Origin: Octopus sinensis
Lineage: Eukaryota
DNA: 64,000 nt
Direction: 5' to 3'
NCBI RefSeq assembly: GCF_006345805.1
Contig: NC_043007.1
Coordinates: 64,666,001 to 64,730,000, forward strand
Both the position numbers and the translations under genes were made by a program. Under the pieces are notes generated by a model. The model saw only the letters and a list, made by a program, of their open reading frames with translations, did not search any database and was not told the DNA's origin. Shown here piece after piece: positions 12,456 through 24,077 of the stretch. How positions within the stretch are numbered: the stretch's first letter is position 1; every line of letters begins with the position of its first letter.

Positions 12456-13460
12456 TAAGAGGTGGCACACAAAAGAAAGCAGAATTTTGCAATATTATTT
12501 TATTCACTTAGTTTTGCATGTTTACACTTTTATTGCCTTTAAAGTATTCTCCATTTGAAGCAATGCATCAGTTCAGACATATTTTCTACTGTTTGAAGCA
12601 GTCCTGGAACTCTTGCGATGTGATGCTTTTTAAAGCTTCCTTCGTTTTGTTTTCTTCACCTCTTCCACATATTCAAAACGTTTTCCTTTAAGGACTTTTT
12701 TCATTCAGGGGAACAAAAAGAAGTTACAGCAAGATTGGGTGAATAGGAAGGGTGGGTATAAGCAAGATCGTGCTATTTTTGGTCAAAACTGTCTCCCTCA
12801 AGGCGGTGTGCACAGGTGCATTATTGTGATGAAACCATCACTCTTCCCTTTGCCACAGGTTGGGGTGTTTTTTTGTCTCACTGTGTCTCACAAAAGCTTC
12901 AGAACTGTGAAGTAAAATGTTTGGGTAACAGTTTGACCTGGAGGAACAAATTCTGTGTGGGTAATTCCTTTTGCATCGATGAAACGAATCAGCATCATCT
13001 TGACTTTGGACTTCATTTGATGTGTCTTTTGGGGCATGGTGACACTGAATGCTTCCACTCAATTGATCGCTGCTTCGTTTTTGGGTTGTAGCCATAGCAC
13101 CAGCTTTGGTCACCAGTGATGACCTTCAAAAAAGGTCCAGATCAATTTCCAACTGTTCTTTCAGTTCACAACATACATTCAATCATGACTGCTTTTGATC
13201 ATCCATGAGCTAGCAAGGCACAAATTTTGATGCAATTCTTTTCATTCGCAATTCCTCACTCAAAATTCATTGGCAGGAGCTCCAGGGCACACCAGTCATA
13301 TAAGAAAGTTTGCCAATTGTTCAGTGATGGTCCTCCAAGATCAGTTCATAAATTTTCATGATGTTTTCATTTGTTCAGTAGGTTGACAGTTGCCCTGAAT
13401 GAGGTTGATCTTCAAGTAACAAGTGACCATTCCTAAAGCATGAAAACGACTTTTAAACTT
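12456..13460 (-). mobile_element. Mariner transposase relic, 5'-truncated
   Basis: Minus-strand frames give FRNG..LEDQPHSG, TGD.SWCYGYNPKTKQRSIEWK, IHTEFVP and CIASNGEYFEG. One TIR-like end, taagaggtggcacacaaaag. Confidence 0.85.
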
Positions 13461-13680
13461 GGACATACTAAGTATGTCTACCTGCTGAAGAAGCTAAGGC
13501 TTATTTTGCCAGTGCAGAAACCAGTTCACATGAGTCCAGGTACTTAAATGTATGTTAGTAGATTGTCTTAACCTGATTTTGCCTTCGTTTGATTTCTGTA
13601 GTTTTTCATCAGTATATTTTTGGCGATTTAATAAGAGTTTTGACTGTTATTTCAAGCAGGTAGACATACTTAGTATGTCC
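13461..13680. mobile_element. 220-bp element with perfect 26-bp terminal inverted repeats, containing the hammerhead candidate
   Basis: GGACATACTAAGTATGTCTACCTGCT (13461-86) is the exact reverse complement of 13655-80. The element abuts the truncated mariner at 12456-13460. Confidence 0.75.
13479..13542 (+). ncRNA. Candidate type I hammerhead ribozyme, partly non-canonical
   Basis: Stem I TACCTG/CAGGTA. Core CTGAAGA at 13485-91. Stem II GC-taa-GGC/GCC-agt-GC with an A.A mismatch at its base. GAAA at 13517-20. Stem III AC..TCA/TGA-GT with a 4-nt bulge. GUC site at 13534-36. Confidence 0.5.
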
Positions 13681-13820
13681 TTTGATTAATTTTAATCCCT
13701 TGGCTATTTAATGCTATTTTTGGCCTGCTATTGCCTGTGTCATTGATTCTGTTATTATCATTTTTTTAAATAGTTACATTGGATAATAATAGAATTAATG
13801 ACACCTTCGCAAATTAATAT

Positions 13821-13902
<82 letters not shown>

Positions 13903-14004
13903 ATATATATATGTATGTATATTTCGTTTTTTGATTTGGTTTGCAAGATACTTTATGTGAGTTCGTGTGTTGAAGCATATTTTGTTGTGTCTGGGGAGAG
14001 TCAT

Positions 14005-15430
14005 TCTCTTTTAGTGCCTTATTATTTAGCACACTGACTGGTAAAGTTTCCACTCATTTATTTATTTTTCCTAAAATTTTCGTTGTCTTGCAATCTTTTC
14101 AGTAATCATTGACTCAGTCTGTTATCCAAGCTGCATTCTTGTGACAAAGCAAACAGAGTGAACATTTAGTATAAAACCGACAAATATCAAGGAGTGATGT
14201 TTGTAGAGGCCACAGCCCATGGAGAACTAGCCCATAGATTTAGGAAAGCCCTAAGGGAGACCAAACTCAACATTAAGATTGTTGAAAAGCCAGGGAACTC
14301 CATCAAATCACAACTATATAGGATGTATCTCTTTGAGAATACCATATGCACCAATGATAATTGCATAGTATGTAGGATTAGCTCTGGCATTAACTGTAGA
14401 ACTAGAAATGTAGTCTAAAACATAAGATGCATAGGTGCTTGTAAAGACATGAACATGACATACATAGGTGAGACATCAAGGAGCATTGTGGAAAAAGCTA
14501 AACGAACATTTGAGGCAATATGACAACAAAAACAGTCCTCCATACTCTACCAACATACCAAGGACCAACATGGAGGCAATCTGGGTCAACATGACATGTG
14601 CATTTTATCCAAGCACCCAAAGGACCTAACACTCAGAGAAATACAGGAATATGTCCTCATAAATGAAACATCCCCAGTACTAAATAGGAAATATATATAG
14701 TAGCTAATCATACCCCCATACCCACAGTTTACATTTATATACAGGTAGAATAGTTAGTAGGCTGTTTTGTAGATGTGTGCATGTGTGTGTGTGCATATGT
14801 ATACGTATATGTATATGTATATGCACATGTATGTAGGCAAATGGATATTAATGTAAATAGATAGACATACAGATGGATAGGTACATAGGTAATATGAACA
14901 GACAAGCACGCATACACACATACATATGCAAATGAAGACTGAAACACCTGGCCATATACACACACACTTCACTTCACACAAGGACACATATGGAGACACA
15001 CATCCATACATACAGACATAGTACATAGTCACAAAAACCCATACACTCAGACATGCACACACAAGGAGACAGAGGTACACACACACAAGCAAACACACAC
15101 ATACACACACAAAAACATGAATATGCAGAATACATGCATATAAACGTACACACATACATACATACATATGCACACAGACACATACATACATGCATACTTA
15201 CACTTACATGCATGCATGGATACATACATACATACATGTGTATGAGTACACACACTGACCCACACACATGTGCACAAACAAACAAAAAGAACGCAGCTCA
15301 GATAATGGACAGAGTCAACAACTATTGAAAAGGTTGCAAGACACAACGAAAATTTCAGGAAAAATAAATAAGTAAATGAGTGGAAACTTTACCAGTGAGT
15401 GTGTTAAATAATAAGTCACTAAAAGACACA
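14005..15430 (+). mobile_element. Penelope-like element 3' part: GIY-YIG endonuclease relic flanked by inverted pseudo-LTR copies
   Basis: 14190-14700 reads C..C..SSGINCRTRNVV*NIRC..C...TYIGETSRS...LYQHTKDQH...LNRK, with stops. 14005-14115 is the reverse complement of about 15313-15430. Confidence 0.8.
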
Positions 15431-15451
15431 ATATATATATATATATATATA

Positions 15452-15832
15452 TCTTTATATATAAAAGTGAAGTTGTGTGTCTGTCTCCTATGATTTAGAT
15501 TCCTACTCCCACATTTTGCGGTGCAGTGTAACCAAAAGTGGGTATCTTATAGTCGTGATTCATATCGAGCCCTTCTGGGTATTAGTGCACGTCTACGATT
15601 TAAAAAAAAAATTACCATCAATTTTTCCCATTTGTAATGAAATTTTCTGCTATTATATAAGGGAAGTAACTCTCTAAAAATGTATTATTAAATCTCAGAA
15701 CGTAAAAAGCTACAGTAACACCCCCACCTTTGTGGTTAGCCATATTGAGATGGCTATTATACTTTACATCTCTAAAAATGCTTATATAGTTATTTCCCTT
15801 ACAAACCCGAGCAACGCCGGGCGATACTGCTA

Positions 15833-15833
<1 letters not shown>
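15452..15833 (+). mobile_element. Non-autonomous Helitron-like element
   Basis: A|TC start, subterminal hairpin cccgagcaacgccggg and CTAG|T end, matching the Helitron terminal rules. Confidence 0.75.
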
Positions 15834-15889
<56 letters not shown>

Positions 15890-16849
15890 TATACATATAT
15901 ATACAGAGAGAGCGCGAGAGAGAGGTATGAATGATATAGATGGTGAGTTAACCAAGAGACTGACGTGTATCATGCATATGCAAGGTGCAAGTAGGAGAGA
16001 TTTGCATAATGTGTGAGCAAGAGAGCAAGTGGATCTGCAAGTGTGTACAAAACTGCAAAATTACACTTGTATGTACACATATGTATTATGCAAGTGAGTC
16101 TGCATAATGTGAACATAGTGTGTGCTTTCATGCAAATGGCTCTGCAGAAAGATAAATGACTGATGGTGATATTTTTGCAAGCATACATATGATTTATGAC
16201 ATCTGTACTAGAGAAAAAAATAGTTTGTAGAAAGTTCTGCATTATGCAAACTACTGGATGCTAGAGCCATTTGTTGCTGCCAGTGATCTGCTGCAGAAGT
16301 GTTTAATTTGTTTGTCACTGTTGAATTGTGATGGCTTTTGAAAGAGATGCTGTGTTGTAGTTGGTACGTTCAAGCTGGTATGCAGTATTTCTGATTGAAG
16401 CAAAGTAATAACAGAGGTGAAAAATGTAGACTCTGACATTATATTGAGCATTAAATAATTGGGTTTCTAACTATGAAAAACAGTGAGTAGGGTTACTAGA
16501 CCAGAAAGGAAACAGGAATGTCTGACTGAAAAACTAATGCAGCTAGTGTTAGTGTAATAACAACAGAAAGTCAGAATACATATTGTAGGTTAGGAAAACA
16601 GTTAGAAAATAAAACTGCTTAATTGAAGGTCAAGTTCACCACTGCAGAAAATACTGAATTTGTAAATATGGGGTTGCGAAAAATGCAGAAAATAATAATG
16701 AATTTGTTAATACATGTTTCTAGAACCATACAGAAAATGTTAATGAATTTGTAAACATGTGTTCAAAAAATTTTTTAAAGTGTTCTATTTTGAAAGTCAC
16801 AACAGATTACTATATCTTGTAAAAGCAAGAGGAAAGGAGCTATGGGAAA

Positions 16850-18150
16850 AATAGCTTTGAGCTTCTGTGTTTTCATAGCCAAAATAGTAGACAGTTTAGT
16901 GAGATGCAGTTTAGCTTTGTGTCAAGAAGAGGTACTAACAATGTCATATTCTTAGTGGAACAACAGCAAAATTCCTTCACCAGGTGTAAGCCACTATACC
17001 TAACAGTCATCATCCTGAAAAAGGTTTCTGACAGTGTTCCACACTTTGTTATCTGGTAGTAGCTAAGAAAACTAAGTATAAATGAATAGCTTGTGAGGTC
17101 TGTGCAAAGAAATGTCGAGGTGCAGTCAGTGAGGCAAGTGTTTGCCTCACTGACAGAATGAAGTGTGAAGGACAATTGAAGTATGCATTTGGGAGTCAAT
17201 TAAAGCTTAGTCCCAAGACTCCTCCAGTTTATTATACTTCACCAAGTTATAATAGAGAAGTTTAGGGCTGTCTGTGGGAAACTCCTGCATACTAATGACC
17301 TAGTTCTTAGAGTTGAATATGCAGTAGATTTAGAAAAGAAATTTCAGACTTAGGAAACAAAATTTTAAATTGTGAGGCATCAAAGTAAACTCAGCAAACA
17401 CTAAAGTTTTGATATGCAAGAAAGAAAATTCAGCTACCATCAAGGAAATGGCTGTGCTTACTAAGCAGATAAGGAATGAGTAGAAATTCCATATGGTGTA
17501 CCAAGTGTGAACTATGGATACATACATACTATGGATACATCCATGACAGGCTAACAGTAAAGATGAACTGTATATGTTGCACAGACAGATACACAGGGGT
17601 ACTAAGCACTAAGAGCACATGTCAAAGAGATTTTCTTAAATGCTTGAATGGCTCCTTAGAATTGCTAGTTTTTGTTACCTAAATGATTTAATTTTCAGAA
17701 GAGATGTAAGAACAAGAGAGAAAAGTTGAGAATGCTATTACCAGTATTGGTAATAGCTCTCAGAGTGAAGGGCAGATTGTATTGTGATTGTGTATAATCT
17801 GTAATGCTATAAGGTATTGAAACGTGGCCTTGAATGCAGAGGATTTGCAAAGATTAAAAAGAAATGGAGTGAGTATGCTCTTTTGATTATGTTAGTGTGC
17901 ATGTATGATGCAACACAAATGAGTTGAGACAAGCTGAGTATAAGAGGAATCACATGTAGTGTGCAAGAGAGAAGATGGTACAGTGATGGTACAGGCATGT
18001 AATACATTAAGAATATGCAGTTGTATAAAAAAAGAGTAGGTTACTCAAAGTAGAAGAAACTTAGGAATACATGAAATGTAATGATGAAGGCTGATCTAAG
18101 GATGCTGAGCCTTACAATGTCGATGATAAAGGAACATGATGATTGGCAAC
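16850..18150 (+). mobile_element. Old RTE-clade LINE reverse transcriptase relic
   Basis: LLHTNDLVL (a decayed LLYADDLVL), NTKVLICK and RNSIWCTKCELWIH. Heavily frameshifted. Confidence 0.65.
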
Positions 18151-18908
18151 AGAGTACTAAAAAAGATACCACCCACTCATGCAAGAAAGACTTTTTGAAC
18201 ATTAAAATGATGGTAGTAATGGCAGCTAGAAGGTATATATGTACATTTGGTTCTATGTCCCAATATATTTTTGTTAAGCTTCCAATTCCTGTTCCTTACC
18301 TCTTTGATATGCTTATCTCTCTATTACTAACCTATAATTCATCCTTTCCCCATTCAATCTCTCCAACTTATACTCTCTGGTATCCACTTTGCCATTATTC
18401 TGTTTCTCTCATTATACTTTCACTCCAACACCGCAGCTCTTCCATTACCCCCACCTTTACTACTCTCTCTTTTGGTCATGTTGCCTTGAACAAACAGACA
18501 CCACAGAATAGTGAGGACTCTTCAGACTTGTGGAGCATTCAGTAATCCCCATTGTTGGTGCTGCTATAAAATGCCCTAGTATATGCTGTAATGTGGTTAA
18601 CAAATGAAAGGAGACAACATAAGAGTTAAAAGGACCCTTTATTCTATCATGCTGAGAACATGCTGCTGATACAATAAAATGTACTTAGTACATTCAGAGT
18701 GTGACAAATTGGGCAAGTGTCTTCTAATATTACTCTGAGACCATCAAACCCTTTGGTAGTCAGAAACGAAAAAAAAAAAAAAGAGAAGAAAACCAAAAGG
18801 CCTGCTGTATCTCTCTCTCTCTCTTTTTGTGTATGTGTGTGTGTATGTCATCAGCCACCAGCCAAGTACCTTCACATGCACACACACACACACATGTGTG
18901 TGTATGTG

Positions 18909-18947
<39 letters not shown>

Positions 18948-18958
18948 ATTATATATAC

Positions 18959-19749
18959 AGCATCAGTTGTTGTGTGCAAGAGAGACGATTGCGCTGGTAT
19001 GGTCATGTGGCGAGAATGGATGAAGATAGGTGTGTGAAAAAGTGCCACACCCTGGCAGTTGAGGGGACCTGTGAAAGAGGTAGACCCAGGAAAACCTGGG
19101 ACGAGGTGGTGAAGCATGACCTTTGAACTTTAGGTCTCACCAAGGAAATGACTAGAGACCGAGACCTATGGAAGTATGCTGTGCGTGAGAAGACCCGGCA
19201 AGACCAGTGAGAACAGTCAGAATCAAAATCAAAATGAAAATCAAACCAAATCAAATCAGATATCAGAAAGCAGAACCAAAATTGAGGTCGATCAACATCA
19301 ATGGAAGTAGCAGCTGTGGTTAAGCAAACCATCCGATCGTGGCCGTTGCCGGCACCACCCCGTCTGGCCTCCGTGCCGGTGGCACGTAAAAGCACCATCT
19401 GCTCGTGTCCGTTGCCAGCCTCGCCTGGCCCCCGTGCCGGTGGCACGTAAAAGCACCATCCGTTCGTGTCCGTTGCCAGCCTGGCCTGGCCCCCATGCTG
19501 GTGGCACGTAAAAGCACCATCCGTTCATGGCCATTTGCCAGCTCCGTGTGGCACCTGTTCGGGTGGCACGTAAAAAGCACCCACTACACTCACGGAGTGG
19601 TTGGCGTTAGGAAGGGCATCCAGCCATAGAAACACTGTCAGATCTGACTGGGCCTGATGCAGCCTTCCGGCTTCACAGACCCCAGTTGAACCGTCCAACC
19701 CATGCTAGCATGGAAAACGGACGCTAAATGATGATGATGATGATGATGA
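18959..19749 (+). mobile_element. RTE-clade LINE 3' end with internal ~60-bp tandem repeats and (GAT)n tail
   Basis: ERRLRWYGHVARMDEDRCVKKC...RGRPRKTWDEVVKHDL. Repeated gccggtggcacgtaaaagcaccatccg units at 19330-19590. Confidence 0.9.
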
Positions 19750-20211
19750 TACACACATATATGCATATGTTACTACCACCTTGACTTGACATCCCATGAT
19801 AGTCATGAGTGTCCTTCATTTCTAATCTTCCATAAAAACATGTCTAGCTATGAGAAAATATTAGCTTACTTGGAAACCAGTGAGGGTTGGCAACAGGAAG
19901 AAAATCTGGCTGTAGAAAATCCACTATAACAAATTCTACCTGACTGATGTGAGCATGGAGAAGTGGACATTAAAATTATGATGATGTAGATACATACATA
20001 TAAATATCTCTTCACACATATTCACATATATAATTACTTAGACTTACATACCCCCGCCTCTCTCTCTACACACACATGTAATTTTTGGACTAATGGCCAT
20101 ATGTCAGTTAGTGTGTTGAGTGAAACGTTTATCGTACTGAATAAAGACTGCCAAATCTATCTTCTGTTTCTTTCATCAGTTATGATATATATATATATAT
20201 ATACACATACA

Positions 20212-21348
20212 CAGGGTGCATAAGGTATTTGAGGACATACCGTTTTTGGGTCATTGCTGTAATTTTTTGCTAACTCTGTATAATCTTTGTTTCAGAAGAT
20301 AATGGCAGACCCTCAGCTTACTCAAGAAATGAAGTGGCATGCTTTTATTGTGGTTATAAAGGCTAAGTATAGCGATTTAGAAATATCTCGAATTTTAAAA
20401 GTTGCCATATCTTTCTTCTACAAGGAAATGTAATACCAGTATCAAAGCATAAAAAGCATTCTAAACACTCTGAAATCACCAGAAAACTTGAATTTATCCA
20501 GTAAGTTCAACAGACCATTGATTACAATCCCAGAAAGTTCATGAGGTCAATTGCAAAAGATCTCCATGTGTTAGAAGGAGCAGTCAGAAATGTTGTCCCC
20601 GAAGACATCAGATATAAGTCTTGTCAGAAAAAGCAAAGGAAAATCATTACATCAGATCTAAAAGGCTCTTAAACAAACTGAAAAATCCAGCAGAAGATTA
20701 TTTGATTTGGTTTTTCTCAAACGAGAAAAACTTCGACCAAGATCAAAAAGTTAACAGAAGAAATTATAGATGGTTATGTGCAGACCCTTCTGAAGTTCCA
20801 AGTGTTATGCATACAAAATTTCCTGCAACTATCACAGTTTTAAGGGTTGTCAGTAATGAAGGACATGTGATGCTTCCTTACTTCTTTCTACAAGGCCTTA
20901 GAGTTAACTCTGCTGCCTACAGTGAGGTCCTGGAAATAATTAAGCCCTGAATAGACAGTGTATGCAATGGAAGGCCATATGTGTTTCAGTAAGACTCTGC
21001 ACTATCACACATGGCTCTAATAATACAGGAATGGATGGCTGAAAATTTTCAGGATTACATAACCCCTAACATTTAGCCTCTTAATTCCCTAGATCTTAAT
21101 CCATTGGACTATTATATGTGGAGCATTGTTGACAAAGAGGTCAATGAACACACTCATAACAGCAAAGATTTTTTGAAAGCTGCTATAGTCAGAATAATGT
21201 TCAAAATGAACTAGGACCACTTGATTCAAGCATGTAGATGATTTATATCTCATATAGAAGCATTTATTGATAACTAAAGTTATTACTTGTTATTACATGT
21301 CTGTTTTTTATAAACATAAATCAGTCCTCAAATATCTTACACCCCCTG
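20212..21348 (+). mobile_element. Near-full-length Tc1/mariner DD37D (maT-type) transposon, inactivated
   Basis: TIRs cagggtgcataaggtatttgagga / tcctcaaatatcttacaccccctg followed by TA. FFSNEKNF, then Q*DSA and DLNPLDY, with 37 residues between the second and third Asp. Several stops. Confidence 0.88.
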
Positions 21349-21546
21349 TAAATATATATATATATATATATTTGATGAAATTGTAGTCATGGTCAGTGCT
21401 GGTGACATGTAAAAGACACCCATACTCGTGGCTGGTGTTAGGAAAGGCATCACTGGGTTACCAGCCCCAGTCAAACCGTAAAAAAAAAATGCCAGCATGG
21501 AGAACAGAGGCTAAATGATGATGATGATATATTTATATAACATACA

Positions 21547-21945
21547 TCTATATATATATAAAGCTGAAGTTGTCTGTGTATGGCAGGTTTGGTAGCTTTC
21601 AACTAACACTATCTCCTCCGAGACCTTGCGACGCAAGTTGACCAAAATTGAGAGTATGATAGAAGAAGGCTTGCTCTTCCTTCCGTAGAAGAAAAAAATT
21701 CAAATCGGACCATCTTAACACCAAAAATTATTTACATCAAAAAGGCGCTTTTTTTCTATGAAAATCCCTATTTTTTACGATTTTTTTACTGCTGTGTCGT
21801 CATTTTTCGGTGTATTTCAACCAGAAAAATGTTCACTTAAAGAGAATAACAAGTTACATAATGCAAAACTCTTACTTTTCAAAGATTCCAATTCTAAAGG
21901 GTCGAAAAGAAAACAAGCCCGAGCAATGCTGGGCTATACTGCTAG
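21547..21945 (+). mobile_element. Non-autonomous Helitron-like element
   Basis: A|TC ... gcccgagcaatgctgggc ... CTAG|T. A close relative lies in inverted orientation at 41419-41808. Confidence 0.8.
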
Positions 21946-21949
21946 TATA

Positions 21950-22049
<100 letters not shown>

Positions 22050-22644
22050 AGAGAAAGAGAAAGCAGCAAATATTTTCGTTACATTGTGGTGTTTAAAGTG
22101 TAGTATTTGAGAAATACTGTTAAAGGGGTCAAAAAGAAGGTAGATAGAGAACAAGTAAGAGAATGAATGAAAAAGAGAGAAAATGAAAGAAAGAGAAAAC
22201 TGAGGGAGACATCACCTTATCACATTTGATATTTCTAACAAGTCAAATGAGAAGATGCATTTAAATATTTTTCTCTTCGCAAAGAACTCTTTCTACTTTG
22301 TCATTCTCGATCTTTCTTGATTTGAACTCTAGCTTCTCCCCCACTCACTTTAGTTTCAATTTTATAAATATTCGTGAATTTTTTCAATGAATTTAACAAT
22401 GTACTTTACCTTTTACTCATACGTTTGGTGATTTCCCCGCGAATAATACGGGCACTGATACTGTTGTTACGCAGAGGCGATAAGGTTCTACGTTATTGCG
22501 TAACAATTGTAAAATGTCGTCTGCTTAGAATTGGAAAGACAGGAAAAGTTCGGTTGTTTCCGGATAGTTTCGGCTTCAACGTAAACGGGTTGACCTAACA
22601 GTATATGAGTGTATGTGTGTGTGTGTGTGTGTGTCTGTGTGTGC

Positions 22645-22713
<69 letters not shown>

Positions 22714-23664
22714 GGTAGTGATCTGATAATAAGTGTAGGAGCAATATGAGTATCAAAAAGAGGCAGTAAACTGGCCGACTTTTGGAGAAGGAAAAGAGCG
22801 GAAAATTGGGGGACAAAAATGTAAAAGATTGAAATGAGCTTAAACTCACAGGGCCTGATGGATTTCCAGCAATCCTCTTACAGAAATGCAAAGGAGCTCT
22901 AGCGAATTTCCTGTTATATAGAATACAGGAATACTTTGACGCCCCTCTCTCCCTACTACTCCAATTTTGTAAGCTGTAGAGAAGGGATGATTTGTTTACA
23001 TTGAATTTACTAACATACTTTACCTACAATTTAGACATTAAACAGTTTGTTCATATGAGTACAGAGACTTATATCATCTTCTAACAAGAGCAATAAGGTT
23101 CTAAATAATTATTCGTTGTTACATTGTAAAATGTCGTCTGCTTAGAACTGGAAAGTCCGGAATAGTTTCGACTCCAAATGATTAACAATACTGTGTGTGC
23201 GAGTGTATCTGCCTGCGGGCAAGCGTAAGAAAGAGGAAGAGAGGTAGATAGATAGGTAGAGCGATCGATCATCGATCGAGGAGAGAGAGAGAGATGACGA
23301 AGGAATGATAGAAAGAACAATGAAAGGGAGAAATGAAAATTATTTCATGCCTACCCGACGTTCGTCGTGTCTGACTTAAAACCGCATTCCACCTTCCTCC
23401 TACTTTAATTACTATATAGCAATAATTTTAAAATTCCTCAAAAGTAATATTTTTTCCAATATGATTATAATCTACATTAAAACATTAGAAGAAACAAAGT
23501 CAGAGTGTGTGAATTATCCGAAACTCCTCTCACACTCTCTGAAAAAAATTTTCACAACAAATTCCTATATCATCGTAATGTACACTATCTAAAACAAATT
23601 TGAAGAAAAAACAACATCGTGAGGGGCACACTTATGTAGATAAGCCATATATAATCTATAAACA

Positions 23665-23745
<81 letters not shown>

Positions 23746-23749
23746 TAAT

Positions 23750-23786
<37 letters not shown>

Positions 23787-23853
23787 GAAGGATTAATTAT
23801 ATGCCAGAAGTGTTGAAAGCAAATGAATATGAATGTATTGTCAGGTGAGTTGT

Positions 23854-23885
<32 letters not shown>

Positions 23886-24077
23886 CACAGTTCAGAGAGA
23901 TAATGTCATCCGAAGGTCCTGGGGGTACTTTTTGGTTCATTATTTACATTATTTATATTTGACAGATATTTGTCCTCATGTTGTTGTTAACACAACGTTC
24001 CGGCTGATATCCCCTTCATCCCATCAGGTGTCTTGATGGAATTTCGAACCTGGGTTCTCATTCCTAAAGTATTTTTC

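Noticed and set aside
13590-13612. CTGATGA...GAAA on the minus strand (also at 20165-20180)
   Set aside because: No stem II or stem I pairing; a chance match in AT-rich DNA.
19330-19590. Regular ~60-bp repeats superficially like a CRISPR array
   Set aside because: Eukaryotic context, no unique spacers, and they are internal tandem repeats of an RTE 3'UTR.
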